From an uncultured Flavobacteriales bacterium (GTDB taxonomy: Bacteria > Bacteroidota > Bacteroidia > Flavobacteriales_G > NORP312), in NCBI GenBank assembly GCA_905480125.1, contig CAJQPE010000025.1:3949-67948 (forward strand): DNA of 64,000 nucleotides, in the 5' to 3' direction. Below are positions 18,660-27,685 of the stretch, piece by piece. The notes below the pieces were generated by a model. The model was not told where the DNA came from. It made no database searches and worked only from the letters and a program-made list of their open reading frames with translations. A program made the translations under genes and the position numbers. Each line of letters opens with the position of its first letter. Position 1 is the first letter of the stretch.

Positions 18660-19547
18660 TCAGTCAAAAGTGACAGTATACTTTACTATCTGAATTGTAC
18701 CTGTAGATTCATCTTTTGTTAGTCGAGCCGAAAGTAACATACGCCCATCATACATAAATTCTCGGGTAGTTTTGTGCGCCCCATCTTCGTACTTTTTTTC
18801 TGATAGTAAATTACCGGCTTCATCATATTTATATTCGTAACGTGTTTCACTTTTACCGAATAAATTATTAATTTCTAACTTTTCAACCGGACGATGATAG
18901 GCATCGTAACTGTATGTTACATTACTCCCTTTCCTGGTCACAACAAGCGTTGACAACTCCTTTTTTTTATTGCCATATTCGTCATATTCTGTTAACTCTT
19001 GCAAGTAGGGTTTATCATCGCTATTATATATTATTCTTTTCGTTTTCTTATCGGAAATCTTAGAATTCTCATAACGCTCTTTATATACTTCGATTAGCTG
19101 CCCCAAAACGAAATTATGAGCTTCAGGATTTGCGTTTACCTCCCTCGAATAAATCATTTTTTCTAAATTATGCATATTATCATACTGATAAGAATAGGAG
19201 TAAAATCCTTTTGAATCAGATAATCTTTTTTTAATTAGATGGTCGCCTGCGTATTTGAATTGCACCAATGATGTATCAATATCAGAACCATTAAAATAGG
19301 TTTCCATCATTCGCTCAACACGGCCATATTTATCGAAATCGAATTGTTGCCATAACGGAGTTTCTATTATCGGCTTCATCTCCCGTTTACTCAAAATAAT
19401 ACTCCGTATTGTTGTTATGCCATTTTTTTTGATGAACTTTTGATTAAAAAAATTATTATCAGAAAACACATCGCAGTTCGAATTATCAAGTATCTGTGCT
19501 TGAACTGTAGAGGCAAATAAATAAAAAATTGCTGCCAATTTGTACAT
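18660..19547 (-). CDS. Hypothetical secreted protein with YD-repeat-like segments
   Basis: Seen: signal peptide MYKLAAIFYLFASTVQAQ; repeated Y.YD..G/H motifs (YSYDAYHRPVEK, YEYKYDEAGNLLSEKKYEDG). Its ATG directly abuts the stop of the upstream gene (19548). No confident family. Confidence 0.75.
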   Translation of the reverse strand: MYKLAAIFYLFASTVQAQILDNSNCDVFSDNNFFNQKFIKKNGITTIRSIILSKREMKPIIETPLWQQFDFDKYGRVERMMETYFNGSDIDTSLVQFKYAGDHLIKKRLSDSKGFYSYSYQYDNMHNLEKMIYSREVNANPEAHNFVLGQLIEVYKERYENSKISDKKTKRIIYNSDDKPYLQELTEYDEYGNKKKELSTLVVTRKGSNVTYSYDAYHRPVEKLEINNLFGKSETRYEYKYDEAGNLLSEKKYEDGAHKTTREFMYDGRMLLSARLTKDESTGTIQIVKYTVTFD

Positions 19548-21674
19548 CTACTTCAACTGTTTAATCGCTTCGCTAATTTCGGTCGTCGGCAACTGACAAG
19601 CCTTGTTCTCACATACGTAAATCATTGTTGCTCCTTTTACAAACTTACCTTCCATTAGTGGTAATTTGCTTTCTTGTGCTGCTCCAAGAATCATTTTATT
19701 AGGATTGTAATATTGGTTCATTTCTACAACTTTATCTGAAGCGCTTTTGCCCGAAATAGCTACCTCATAAAATGGAAAAACTCGATTTAAATAAAGCTGC
19801 GCCCAATTGGAATATCCTGAACCGTAATTAGGAATTTGAGACTGAACATTATTAAGCATCGTTTCACTTTTCGTCAGATAATCTTGATTATCAAGATAAT
19901 GTCCAAGTAGAAATAACCCTTTCGCAATGCTAGAATTAGATCCCGGAATTACGTTATCTCCAACCTCGGTTTTACGAGCAATTAATGCCTTGTCCAAATC
20001 CGAAGTGAAAAAGAACATTCCTGATTTGTCATCATAAAAATGAGTGATAGAATATTGCATTAACTTATCTGCTCGTTGCAACCAAGCCTCATTCAACGTT
20101 GCAGTATACAGATTAATAAAGGCTTCAATCGTGAAGCAATAATCTTCTAAATATCCATTTATTGTTGACCGTCCTTCTTTGTAGTTGTGGTTTAAGCCAT
20201 CGTCTTCTCTTACTTGTTTTGATACTATGAAATTTGCATTTTTTAGTGCCAGATCCAAAAATTTATCATCATCAAAAACATGGTAAGCATCTATCAATCC
20301 ATTCAACATTAATGCGTTCCACGAAGTTAGCGACTTATCATCTAACCCTGGTCGAATTCTAGTGTCTCGAACCGCCATCAATTTCTCTTTACATTGTCCA
20401 GTAAACGCTTTTAATTCCTCCAATGTTAAGTCATTCTTATCAGCGAATTTCTTCTCGTCCTCATCTCTGAGAAGAATGTAATTACCATGTTCCCAAAGAC
20501 CCTTTGTATTTACATTATAGTACTTGGCAAATAAATCAAACTCATTTCCTAAAATGGTTTGTAACTCTTCCTTTTTCCATACATAAAATTTACCTTCTTC
20601 ACCTTCGCTATCAGCATCTAATGAAGAATAAAATGCATATTCTGAAGACATTAATTCTCGTTGAACAAACTCAATTGTTTCGTACACTGTTTCTTTATAA
20701 AGATATTTTTTAGTCTTTTGATATGCTTCTGCATACAAAGAAACGAGTTGACCATTATCGTATAGCATTTTCTCAAAGTGGGGTGCTTTCCACATAATAT
20801 CTGTAGAATATCTAGCAAAGCCGCCACCAATCTGATCATAAATTCCCCCTTGCGCCATTTTATCTAACGTTAGTAAAACATGCTCCATTGTTTTTGGGTC
20901 ATCGACTAAATGGGCATAACGCATTAAGAATTGGTAGTTGTTAGGTATTGGGAATTTAGGTGCTCGATTCGGACCTCCTTGCTTATTATCGAAATTTGTC
21001 GCCCATTTTTCTACCGTATTTGCTAAAGTTGATTTCTCAAATAATGCTGGATCGCTATTTAACGGTAGCATTTCGCTCTGTTGAATTCCTTCAGCTAAAC
21101 GGCTTGCATATTCTTTAATCTTATCAGGATTCGTTTGCCATTCTCCGCTCACTTTATCCAAAATATTCATCCACTGATCTTTGGGGAAATAGGTTCCTCC
21201 AAAAAATGGTTTACCGTCTGCAGTAGCGAAACAATTAAGAGGCCATCCTCCTCGTTGACTCATCAATTGAACAGCATTCATATAGATCTGGTCAATATCT
21301 GGGCGCTCTTCTCTATCTATCTTAATACAAATAAAATTATCGTTCATCCTTTTCGCTACAACCGAGTCTTCAAAAGACTCATGTTCCATAACATGACACC
21401 AATGACAAGCTGCATATCCAATGCTAATCAGTAGTAGTTTGTTCTCTTCTTTTGCTTTTTCTAAAGCCTCGTCTCCCCATGGAAACCAATCTACTGGGTT
21501 ATGAGCGTGTTGCAACAAGTAGGGACTTGTCTCATTTATTAAAGTATTTGTGTGTTCATAACGCGTTGTATCCATTTCAGAAGTGTTAGTGCCAGAATCA
21601 GAGCTCGAAGTGCAAGTCGACATTGACAAAACAACAAACAAAGAAGCTAAAAGGTTAAAATTCATACTGAACAT
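19548..21674 (-). CDS. Thioredoxin-domain protein (DUF255 / YyaL-like) with a six-hairpin glycosidase-like C-terminal domain
   Basis: Seen: [49 protein letters not shown]...[12 protein letters not shown]. Known: diagnostic of the DUF255/SSP411 thioredoxin-like family. N-terminal lipoprotein-like signal (LSMSTC). Confidence 0.9.
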   Translation of the reverse strand: MFSMNFNLLASLFVVLSMSTCTSSSDSGTNTSEMDTTRYEHTNTLINETSPYLLQHAHNPVDWFPWGDEALEKAKEENKLLLISIGYAACHWCHVMEHESFEDSVVAKRMNDNFICIKIDREERPDIDQIYMNAVQLMSQRGGWPLNCFATADGKPFFGGTYFPKDQWMNILDKVSGEWQTNPDKIKEYASRLAEGIQQSEMLPLNSDPALFEKSTLANTVEKWATNFDNKQGGPNRAPKFPIPNNYQFLMRYAHLVDDPKTMEHVLLTLDKMAQGGIYDQIGGGFARYSTDIMWKAPHFEKMLYDNGQLVSLYAEAYQKTKKYLYKETVYETIEFVQRELMSSEYAFYSSLDADSEGEEGKFYVWKKEELQTILGNEFDLFAKYYNVNTKGLWEHGNYILLRDEDEKKFADKNDLTLEELKAFTGQCKEKLMAVRDTRIRPGLDDKSLTSWNALMLNGLIDAYHVFDDDKFLDLALKNANFIVSKQVREDDGLNHNYKEGRSTINGYLEDYCFTIEAFINLYTATLNEAWLQRADKLMQYSITHFYDDKSGMFFFTSDLDKALIARKTEVGDNVIPGSNSSIAKGLFLLGHYLDNQDYLTKSETMLNNVQSQIPNYGSGYSNWAQLYLNRVFPFYEVAISGKSASDKVVEMNQYYNPNKMILGAAQESKLPLMEGKFVKGATMIYVCENKACQLPTTEISEAIKQLK

Positions 21675-21733
21675 TTTGGCAAATATAACGGTAAGATAAA
21701 CCGATTATTCCTTTCTTCGTAAATACTTCCAAA

Positions 21734-22294
21734 ATGAGCAAACAACTTAAAAAAAGAACTATAGCGTATAGACAAGCCAAGCATAAGCGAGCAAAGCCTA
21801 AACTCGAAAGTTACCACCTAATGCCTATTGGTCTTTTTGCAGGAATGGGGTCCGTCCTTTTTTTGAGCTCCAAATTATTAGTTCCCAAGTTATTTATAGC
21901 ACAAATCGTGGTAGTTTGCTGCTTATCAGGACTATTGATCCCAATGAAGCTGTACGGCAAATATTTAGGATGGGAGCGAATAGAATCTTTTATTCTTAAT
22001 GTTTTTGGCGTTGGCCCCATAATATGTGCACTATTAATGTGGTGTAATTTCCTTATTTCATCTGAAACAAAATTGGTCAGCTACAAAGTAACTCAAGTTC
22101 AACTAATCACAAATTTAGATGCCTATTTTCAACTCGAATTAGAAGGAAAGGCCATGGATGAATTTCCTGAATTCAGAGAATTTACATTAACAGAAGACAA
22201 TCAACACTATGCAAATGCCAATTTTATCCAATATGAAATATCAACAGGTATTTTAGGTTACGATGTGGTAAAAAATATTGAAGTTTTATTGTAA
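21734..22294 (+). CDS. Hypothetical membrane protein
   Basis: Seen: basic N-terminus, 3-4 hydrophobic helices (MPIGLFAGMGSVLFL, IAQIVVVCCLSGLLI, VFGVGPIICALLMWCNFLI), then a soluble tail of about 75 aa. No family recognised. Confidence 0.65.
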   Translation: MSKQLKKRTIAYRQAKHKRAKPKLESYHLMPIGLFAGMGSVLFLSSKLLVPKLFIAQIVVVCCLSGLLIPMKLYGKYLGWERIESFILNVFGVGPIICALLMWCNFLISSETKLVSYKVTQVQLITNLDAYFQLELEGKAMDEFPEFREFTLTEDNQHYANANFIQYEISTGILGYDVVKNIEVLL

Positions 22295-22793
22295 TCAATA
22301 CACTCCTAAGTATTGTTTTTGCCGTATCGCTGGAGAATTGCATTAATTATATCTTCTTAACCCTGGGGTATCGCTTCCAATTATTTCTGTGATAAAGTTC
22401 AACAGAAAACACCGATTAATAGAAAATAATATCTCGAATATCATAAAACGCTCCGTAAGCATATGGATTTCTATAACAACTTCTCGACCAGGGATTTGTG
22501 GCTTTGGTCCAACTATGTTGTCTTTCATCTTTGTAATCAAGCTCTTATTTCCAACCAAGGCGTCAGCAGAAATTTGTAAAACAGATCAGTTTTATATGAA
22601 CTCCCATGCTTAATATATGGTTTTAGAAGAAAATACCTTTAAAGAAGTTTCAAAAGTACGAGCATCAATATTTATGGGTTCAGGCCTTGCTTAAAGGATA
22701 TTATTCACTTAAAAAGTATAACTACCAAAGGCCTTTTTCTGTTGGAAAATGATATTTTAACAGAACCTCTATGCATTTCGAATAATTAAAGGT

Positions 22794-23246
22794 TTAAAAT
22801 ACAATCTCCTCAACAAATTCAATTGGAGCTTTCTTATTCATGCCCAAAGCTTTAGCGAAAATATCGCCCTTTACTTTAACTTTTGCCTTGCCTGTCATTA
22901 ATATCGGAAACAGCAATCCAACTTTTGAAGACAACCCTTCCATGTCAGCTTTTATAATAAATGGGTATATTTCTTGGGTCTTTTTTGTTAAAATAATATT
23001 ATCGTCAAACCTAGCCTTTCCTAATTTGGTTCCGTTTACTATAAAGTCTAAATCAGAATCAAAAATTTTGATGTCGAACCCGTTAGGGTTATTGATGATC
23101 GCTTTTACTTCAATAATGATTGCCGTGGCGGTAAACTCTTTAACCAATATATCTTCAACACCAATAAACTCTACTTCTTTATATATACCGCAAGAATTTA
23201 GGCTAACGCAGATTGCAAATAGTAAAATAAATTTAATGTGCCTCAT
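22794..23246 (-). CDS. LEA_2 / NDR1-HIN1-like lipoprotein
   Basis: Seen: lipobox VSLNSCG, then EFIGVEDILVKEFTATAIIIEVKAIINNPNGFDIKIFDSDLDFIVNGTKLGKARF. Known pattern (recalled): LEA type 2 / water-stress domain lipoproteins. Confidence 0.75.
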   Translation of the reverse strand: MRHIKFILLFAICVSLNSCGIYKEVEFIGVEDILVKEFTATAIIIEVKAIINNPNGFDIKIFDSDLDFIVNGTKLGKARFDDNIILTKKTQEIYPFIIKADMEGLSSKVGLLFPILMTGKAKVKVKGDIFAKALGMNKKAPIEFVEEIVF

Positions 23247-23287
23247 CTAAGTTCAAATGATAACAATAATCATCCGGTAAAAGACGA

Positions 23288-24679
23288 TCACTTCGATTTT
23301 ATTTCAGCGTAGTTTTTATAGAATAATGGAATCGTTTCAATCCCTTTCATGTAATTAAAAATTCCATAATGTTCGTTGGGAGAATGAATGTCATCAGAGT
23401 TTAATCCAAAACCAAACAAAATAGATTTTAGGCCTAATTCCTTCTCAAATAAAGCTACAATTGGAATACTGCCGCCGCCTCTTTGGGGAATTGGCTTTTT
23501 ACCATAAGTTGTTTCCATTGCAGCACTTGCCGCTTTATACCCGTCAAAATCGACAGGAATAACAATTGGCTCTCCACCATGATGAGGTGTTACCTTAACT
23601 TTTACAGTATCTGGCGCAATAGACTCGAAATGCTTTTGGAATAGATCTGTAATTTCTTCTGAAGATTGGTATGGCACCAAACGCATCGAAATTTTAGCGT
23701 AAGCCTTAGAGGCCAACACAGTTTTAGCACCTTCACCGATATAACCACCCCAAATGCCGTTTACATCTAATGTAGGGCGAATTGAACATCCCTCTCTTGC
23801 TGAGTATCCAGCCTCTGTATCAACTGCGGTTATGCTCAATCCCTTTTTATAATTTTCTTCACTAAAAGGAGCCAGTGCCATTTCATTTCTATCTGTATCG
23901 CTAACCAACTCAACGTTATCGTAGAATCCTGGAATCGTAATATAGTTGTTTTCATCTTTTAATTCAGAAATCATATCACAAAGGATGTTGATTGGATTCC
24001 CAACAGTGCCACCATAAACTCCAGAATGTAAATCTCTATCAGGACCTGTAACTTCTACCTCTACATAACTCAAACCACGCAAGCCAACACAAATTGAAGG
24101 AGTATCATTTGCGATAATTGATGTGTCTGAAATTAAAATTACGTCCGCCTTTAATTTCTCTTTATTCTCTTTAACGAAAATTCCAAGGTTACTAGAACCA
24201 ACTTCTTCTTCCCCTTCAATCATAAACTTTACGTTACAAGCCAGCGTATCAGTCTGCATCATAGTCTCAAATGCCTTAACGTGCATATACATTTGCCCTT
24301 TATCATCGCAAGCACCACGCGCGAAAATTGCACCATCAGGATGCAATTCCGTTTTTTTAATAACCGGTTCAAATGGTGGCGAATCCCATAATTCAACTGG
24401 GTCAGCAGGTTGGACATCATAATGTCCATAAACTAATACCGTTGGCAAACTGGCATCAAAGAGTTTTTCACCGTAGACAATCGGATGACCTGCAGTTGGG
24501 CATATTTCAACCGAATCAGCACCTGCTTCAATTAAACGCTGCTTAACCACTTCCGAAGTTTTTGCAACATCATTCTTGTATGCAGGGTCTGCACTCACAG
24601 AGGGTATTTTTAGTAACTCGATGAGCTCATTAATGAACTTATCCTTATTCTCTGCGATATAATTGTTTATTCGCTCCAT
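23288..24679 (-). CDS. M20-family dipeptidase
   Basis: Seen: LVYGHYDVQPADP, ARGACDDKGQ, MIEGEEEVGS and a C-terminal HSPNE. Known: M20/M25/M40 metal-binding and catalytic motifs. Confidence 0.9.
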   Translation of the reverse strand: MERINNYIAENKDKFINELIELLKIPSVSADPAYKNDVAKTSEVVKQRLIEAGADSVEICPTAGHPIVYGEKLFDASLPTVLVYGHYDVQPADPVELWDSPPFEPVIKKTELHPDGAIFARGACDDKGQMYMHVKAFETMMQTDTLACNVKFMIEGEEEVGSSNLGIFVKENKEKLKADVILISDTSIIANDTPSICVGLRGLSYVEVEVTGPDRDLHSGVYGGTVGNPINILCDMISELKDENNYITIPGFYDNVELVSDTDRNEMALAPFSEENYKKGLSITAVDTEAGYSAREGCSIRPTLDVNGIWGGYIGEGAKTVLASKAYAKISMRLVPYQSSEEITDLFQKHFESIAPDTVKVKVTPHHGGEPIVIPVDFDGYKAASAAMETTYGKKPIPQRGGGSIPIVALFEKELGLKSILFGFGLNSDDIHSPNEHYGIFNYMKGIETIPLFYKNYAEIKSK

Positions 24680-24855
24680 TATTCTTTCGTTTTAAAGTAA
24701 CCTTTCTTGTATAAAACCGTTTTTCACACATATTCCATAACGGATTTCAAATGTATAATTTTAGACTTATTAAGGAATAATGAAAATGAAAAACAAGCAA
24801 ATAGCATTTCAATAATAAATTTTTGATTTCTATTTTTCTGATTTTCAGTGACTTT

Positions 24856-24882
24856 AAAAATCTTAAATTTGCTAAGATTTTT
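24856..24882 (+). promoter_or_regulatory. Perfect 10-bp inverted repeat enclosing a TAAATTTG -7 box, upstream of the adhesin locus (candidate operator/promoter)
   Basis: Seen: AAAAATCTTA-aatttgc-TAAGATTTTT. The string TAAATTTG (24864-24871) matches TAnnTTTG and spans the left-arm end plus the spacer. It lies 67-93 nt upstream of ATG 24949. The regulatory role is inference. Confidence 0.3.
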
Positions 24883-24948
24883 AACACTTAATAAAATATC
24901 ACAACTGATGGCCCATCGCAAGGTTTATCAACGTATATGTAGAAGTAA

Positions 24949-27678
24949 ATGCTAAATTCAGTTCTAAAATTCACTATTAATGCATTTATTGCTTTAACTT
25001 CACTGATATTTTCTGTTGTAAATTCTTTTGCTCAACCCCTTCAAGTTAATGCCGCTGCGCCTTATAACACTGCTGTTGGAGCAGGAGATGTCTTGTTAGG
25101 TAATGGGGTAACGGCAACCAACTTTACTTTTTATGGAAACCCAATCCAAATGGGATTATTTTTTGACGGAACGAGTTCAATCGGACTAGATAGCGGAATC
25201 GTGCTCTCTTCTGGTGACGTATTAGATTTACCCCTCCCAGGATTCGGCGGGGGAGGTTTTATTAACGCTGGGGCAGCTCCTGGCACTGAAGGATACTGGG
25301 GGACCGCAGATATGGGGGTAGCAGGAAACAATGACCTTTTCAATGTAGCCAATTCTGTACCTGCACTTATTGGGCAAGTATTTGTAGTTGGTAGCGCACA
25401 AGATGCTGCAGTTTTAGAATTTGATTTTGTACCAACCGATGACACTGTTCAGTTTCGATATGTTTTTGGTTCAAATGAATATTTAACATGGATTAATTCT
25501 ATGTTCAACGATGTATTTGGATTTTTCGTTTCTGGACCAGGAATAACAGGACCTTTTACAAGTCCTGCGGGATTTCCTAACGGGTCAATAAATATTGCAA
25601 ATGTACCTGGTTCAGTGCCTCAGCTGCCAATTACAATAAGTTCAGTTCAACCTGCCCTGAACCAACAATATTACATCGATAACCCTATGAATACTGATGT
25701 AGCTATGAATGGATACACAGTAGTTTTAACCGCAACAATGGTTGTTGTTCCTTGCGAAACCTATCATATTCGTTTAGCAATTGCTGATGGTAGTGATTCA
25801 GCTCTAGATTCATGGGTGTTTTTAGAAGCTAATAGCTTTTCTAGTACAGCAATTTCGGTAACTTCAGAACCTTCTTATCCTTCAGGAATCGGAGGAGATA
25901 GCACCTTATTCGAAGGCTGCGGTAGTATTGATATTAACTTTGAACGATTCGATTTCTTGGCCGATACTTTTACAATCAACTATATCCTTACTGGCACTGC
26001 GACTAATGGTGTAGACTTTGCATCCTTGCCTGACAGCATCGTATTCTTGCCGGGACAAAGCATTTACAACTTAACAATAGAAGCATTAGACGATAATCTT
26101 ACAGAAGGGTTTGAAACCATTGAGTTGGAAGTAGATGTCGATATTGCGACCTGTGGGGTTAGTGATAGCAGTAGTAGCATTACCATTTACATTAACGACC
26201 CATACCCAGTTGAGATATTAGTTGAGGATGATACCTTAGATTATCATTTTATATGTGATATTGATTTAGGAGTTCAAGTATTATCGGGGCTGCCTGGATT
26301 CACTTACAATTGGAGCACTGGAGAAACAACCGACACGATAAATGTGAACCCGATTTCTCCGCAACGATATTCTGTAACGGTAACTGATACTTGTGGAGTT
26401 AATTATGCTGTCGACTCTATCTCATTAGTAGTTATCAGAGATCCTGTAGAGGTTATTGCAAAAGACACCTCCGTTAACTGTCCTAATGACCCTGCAAAAA
26501 TTAAACTTTTTCTATCTGGTGGTAATCCACCTTACGATATTGTATGGGATAACGGAGCTACTGACACTACTCAGCAAAACTTATTTGCATTTACTACTAC
26601 AACTTTCCAAATTACAGTTACAGACGAATGTGCGGTAGATACTACAATTGTTAACCCAACAGTATTTGTGCCTGAACCGCCACCACTATTAGCACAATTA
26701 AGCACAGACACCTTAACGGTGACCTGCCCTGGTGAAATGGTTGCTGCTGTTGGCCGAGCAATAGGCGGATTTGGCCAGTATCAAATGACTTGGGATAATT
26801 GGGCTTCGCTCAACACGACTACAATAGTTTATCCAGAAGTAACAACTACTTACTTTTTCGATGTGCAGGATTATTGTCAAGCAACAACAGTAACTGCTCC
26901 ATTCCATGTTATTGTGCCTGACTTTGACAGTCTTACTTTGGATATTTACTATGAAGATCACATGTGTTTGGGTGATTCTGCACAAATTTTAACCTTTATT
27001 CAAGGTGGCGCAAGTCAATACACCTATGAATGGAATAATTTTGCTGGTAATAACGACACAATTATAGTTTCTCCAGTTAATGATGTTACTACCTATTCAA
27101 TTGAGGTAACTGATATGTGTGATAATGTGGTCACCAATGAAGCTGTCATATTCATCGATATGCCAACTGCAGATTATGACTTCCTATTTCAAGGAAGTAA
27201 TCTTGTCGAATTTACCGATAACTCAACAGAAAACGTTGACACATATCTTTATTCCTTCTCAAGTGGAGACAAGATAAGTGAAGCCGATTTTTCATACACC
27301 TTTCATGAGTCTGGATTAGAAAAAGTACAACTATTAGTTACAACAGATTATGGATGCCAAGATTCAATCACAAAGGTATTGATACCTCCTTTCCAGTTAT
27401 GGGTTCCAAATTCATTTTCCCCAAATGAAGACGGGAAAAATGATGTACTTTATGCTGAAGGTATTGGTTTTATTCCCGGCACCTTTAAAATGTGGATTTA
27501 CAACCGTTGGGGTAACCTAATTAAAATTATAGAAGACCCAACACATGGCTGGGACGGTGGCGGAAAAAGTGGTGATGAAATCGGATCATACGTTTACCGG
27601 GTTGAAGTTCAAGGGTACGGCAAAAATGGCTTTATTACAGATTTTGTGTCAATGGGTACCATTACACTAATTAGATAA
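24949..27678 (+). CDS. Surface protein: choice-of-anchor-L head, Calx-beta-like, Cys-bracketed Ig-like repeats, PKD, T9SS type B (gliding-motility CHU_C) sorting domain
   Basis: Seen: signal peptide ...VVNSFAQ. Head: GLDSGIVLSSGD...DAAVLEFDFVPTDDTVQFRYVFGSNEYLTWINSMFNDVFGFFVSGPGI...YHIRLAIADGSDSALDSWVFLEANSF. Calx-beta-like: TGTATNGVDFASLPDSIVFLPGQSIYNLTIEALDD. Repeats end in VTVTDTCG. CTD: LWVPNSFSPNEDGKNDVLY...IYNRWGNLI...WDG...GSYVYRVE. Known: these match the choice-of-anchor L and T9SS type B CTD patterns (recalled). Confidence 0.9.
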   Translation: MLNSVLKFTINAFIALTSLIFSVVNSFAQPLQVNAAAPYNTAVGAGDVLLGNGVTATNFTFYGNPIQMGLFFDGTSSIGLDSGIVLSSGDVLDLPLPGFGGGGFINAGAAPGTEGYWGTADMGVAGNNDLFNVANSVPALIGQVFVVGSAQDAAVLEFDFVPTDDTVQFRYVFGSNEYLTWINSMFNDVFGFFVSGPGITGPFTSPAGFPNGSINIANVPGSVPQLPITISSVQPALNQQYYIDNPMNTDVAMNGYTVVLTATMVVVPCETYHIRLAIADGSDSALDSWVFLEANSFSSTAISVTSEPSYPSGIGGDSTLFEGCGSIDINFERFDFLADTFTINYILTGTATNGVDFASLPDSIVFLPGQSIYNLTIEALDDNLTEGFETIELEVDVDIATCGVSDSSSSITIYINDPYPVEILVEDDTLDYHFICDIDLGVQVLSGLPGFTYNWSTGETTDTINVNPISPQRYSVTVTDTCGVNYAVDSISLVVIRDPVEVIAKDTSVNCPNDPAKIKLFLSGGNPPYDIVWDNGATDTTQQNLFAFTTTTFQITVTDECAVDTTIVNPTVFVPEPPPLLAQLSTDTLTVTCPGEMVAAVGRAIGGFGQYQMTWDNWASLNTTTIVYPEVTTTYFFDVQDYCQATTVTAPFHVIVPDFDSLTLDIYYEDHMCLGDSAQILTFIQGGASQYTYEWNNFAGNNDTIIVSPVNDVTTYSIEVTDMCDNVVTNEAVIFIDMPTADYDFLFQGSNLVEFTDNSTENVDTYLYSFSSGDKISEADFSYTFHESGLEKVQLLVTTDYGCQDSITKVLIPPFQLWVPNSFSPNEDGKNDVLYAEGIGFIPGTFKMWIYNRWGNLIKIIEDPTHGWDGGGKSGDEIGSYVYRVEVQGYGKNGFITDFVSMGTITLIR

Positions 27679-27685
27679 AAAGGTA

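Noticed and set aside
22840-23250. 136-aa ORF antisense to the LEA_2-like lipoprotein gene.
   Set aside because: The minus-strand frame has a lipobox signal peptide and a recognisable domain pattern. The plus-strand frame has neither.
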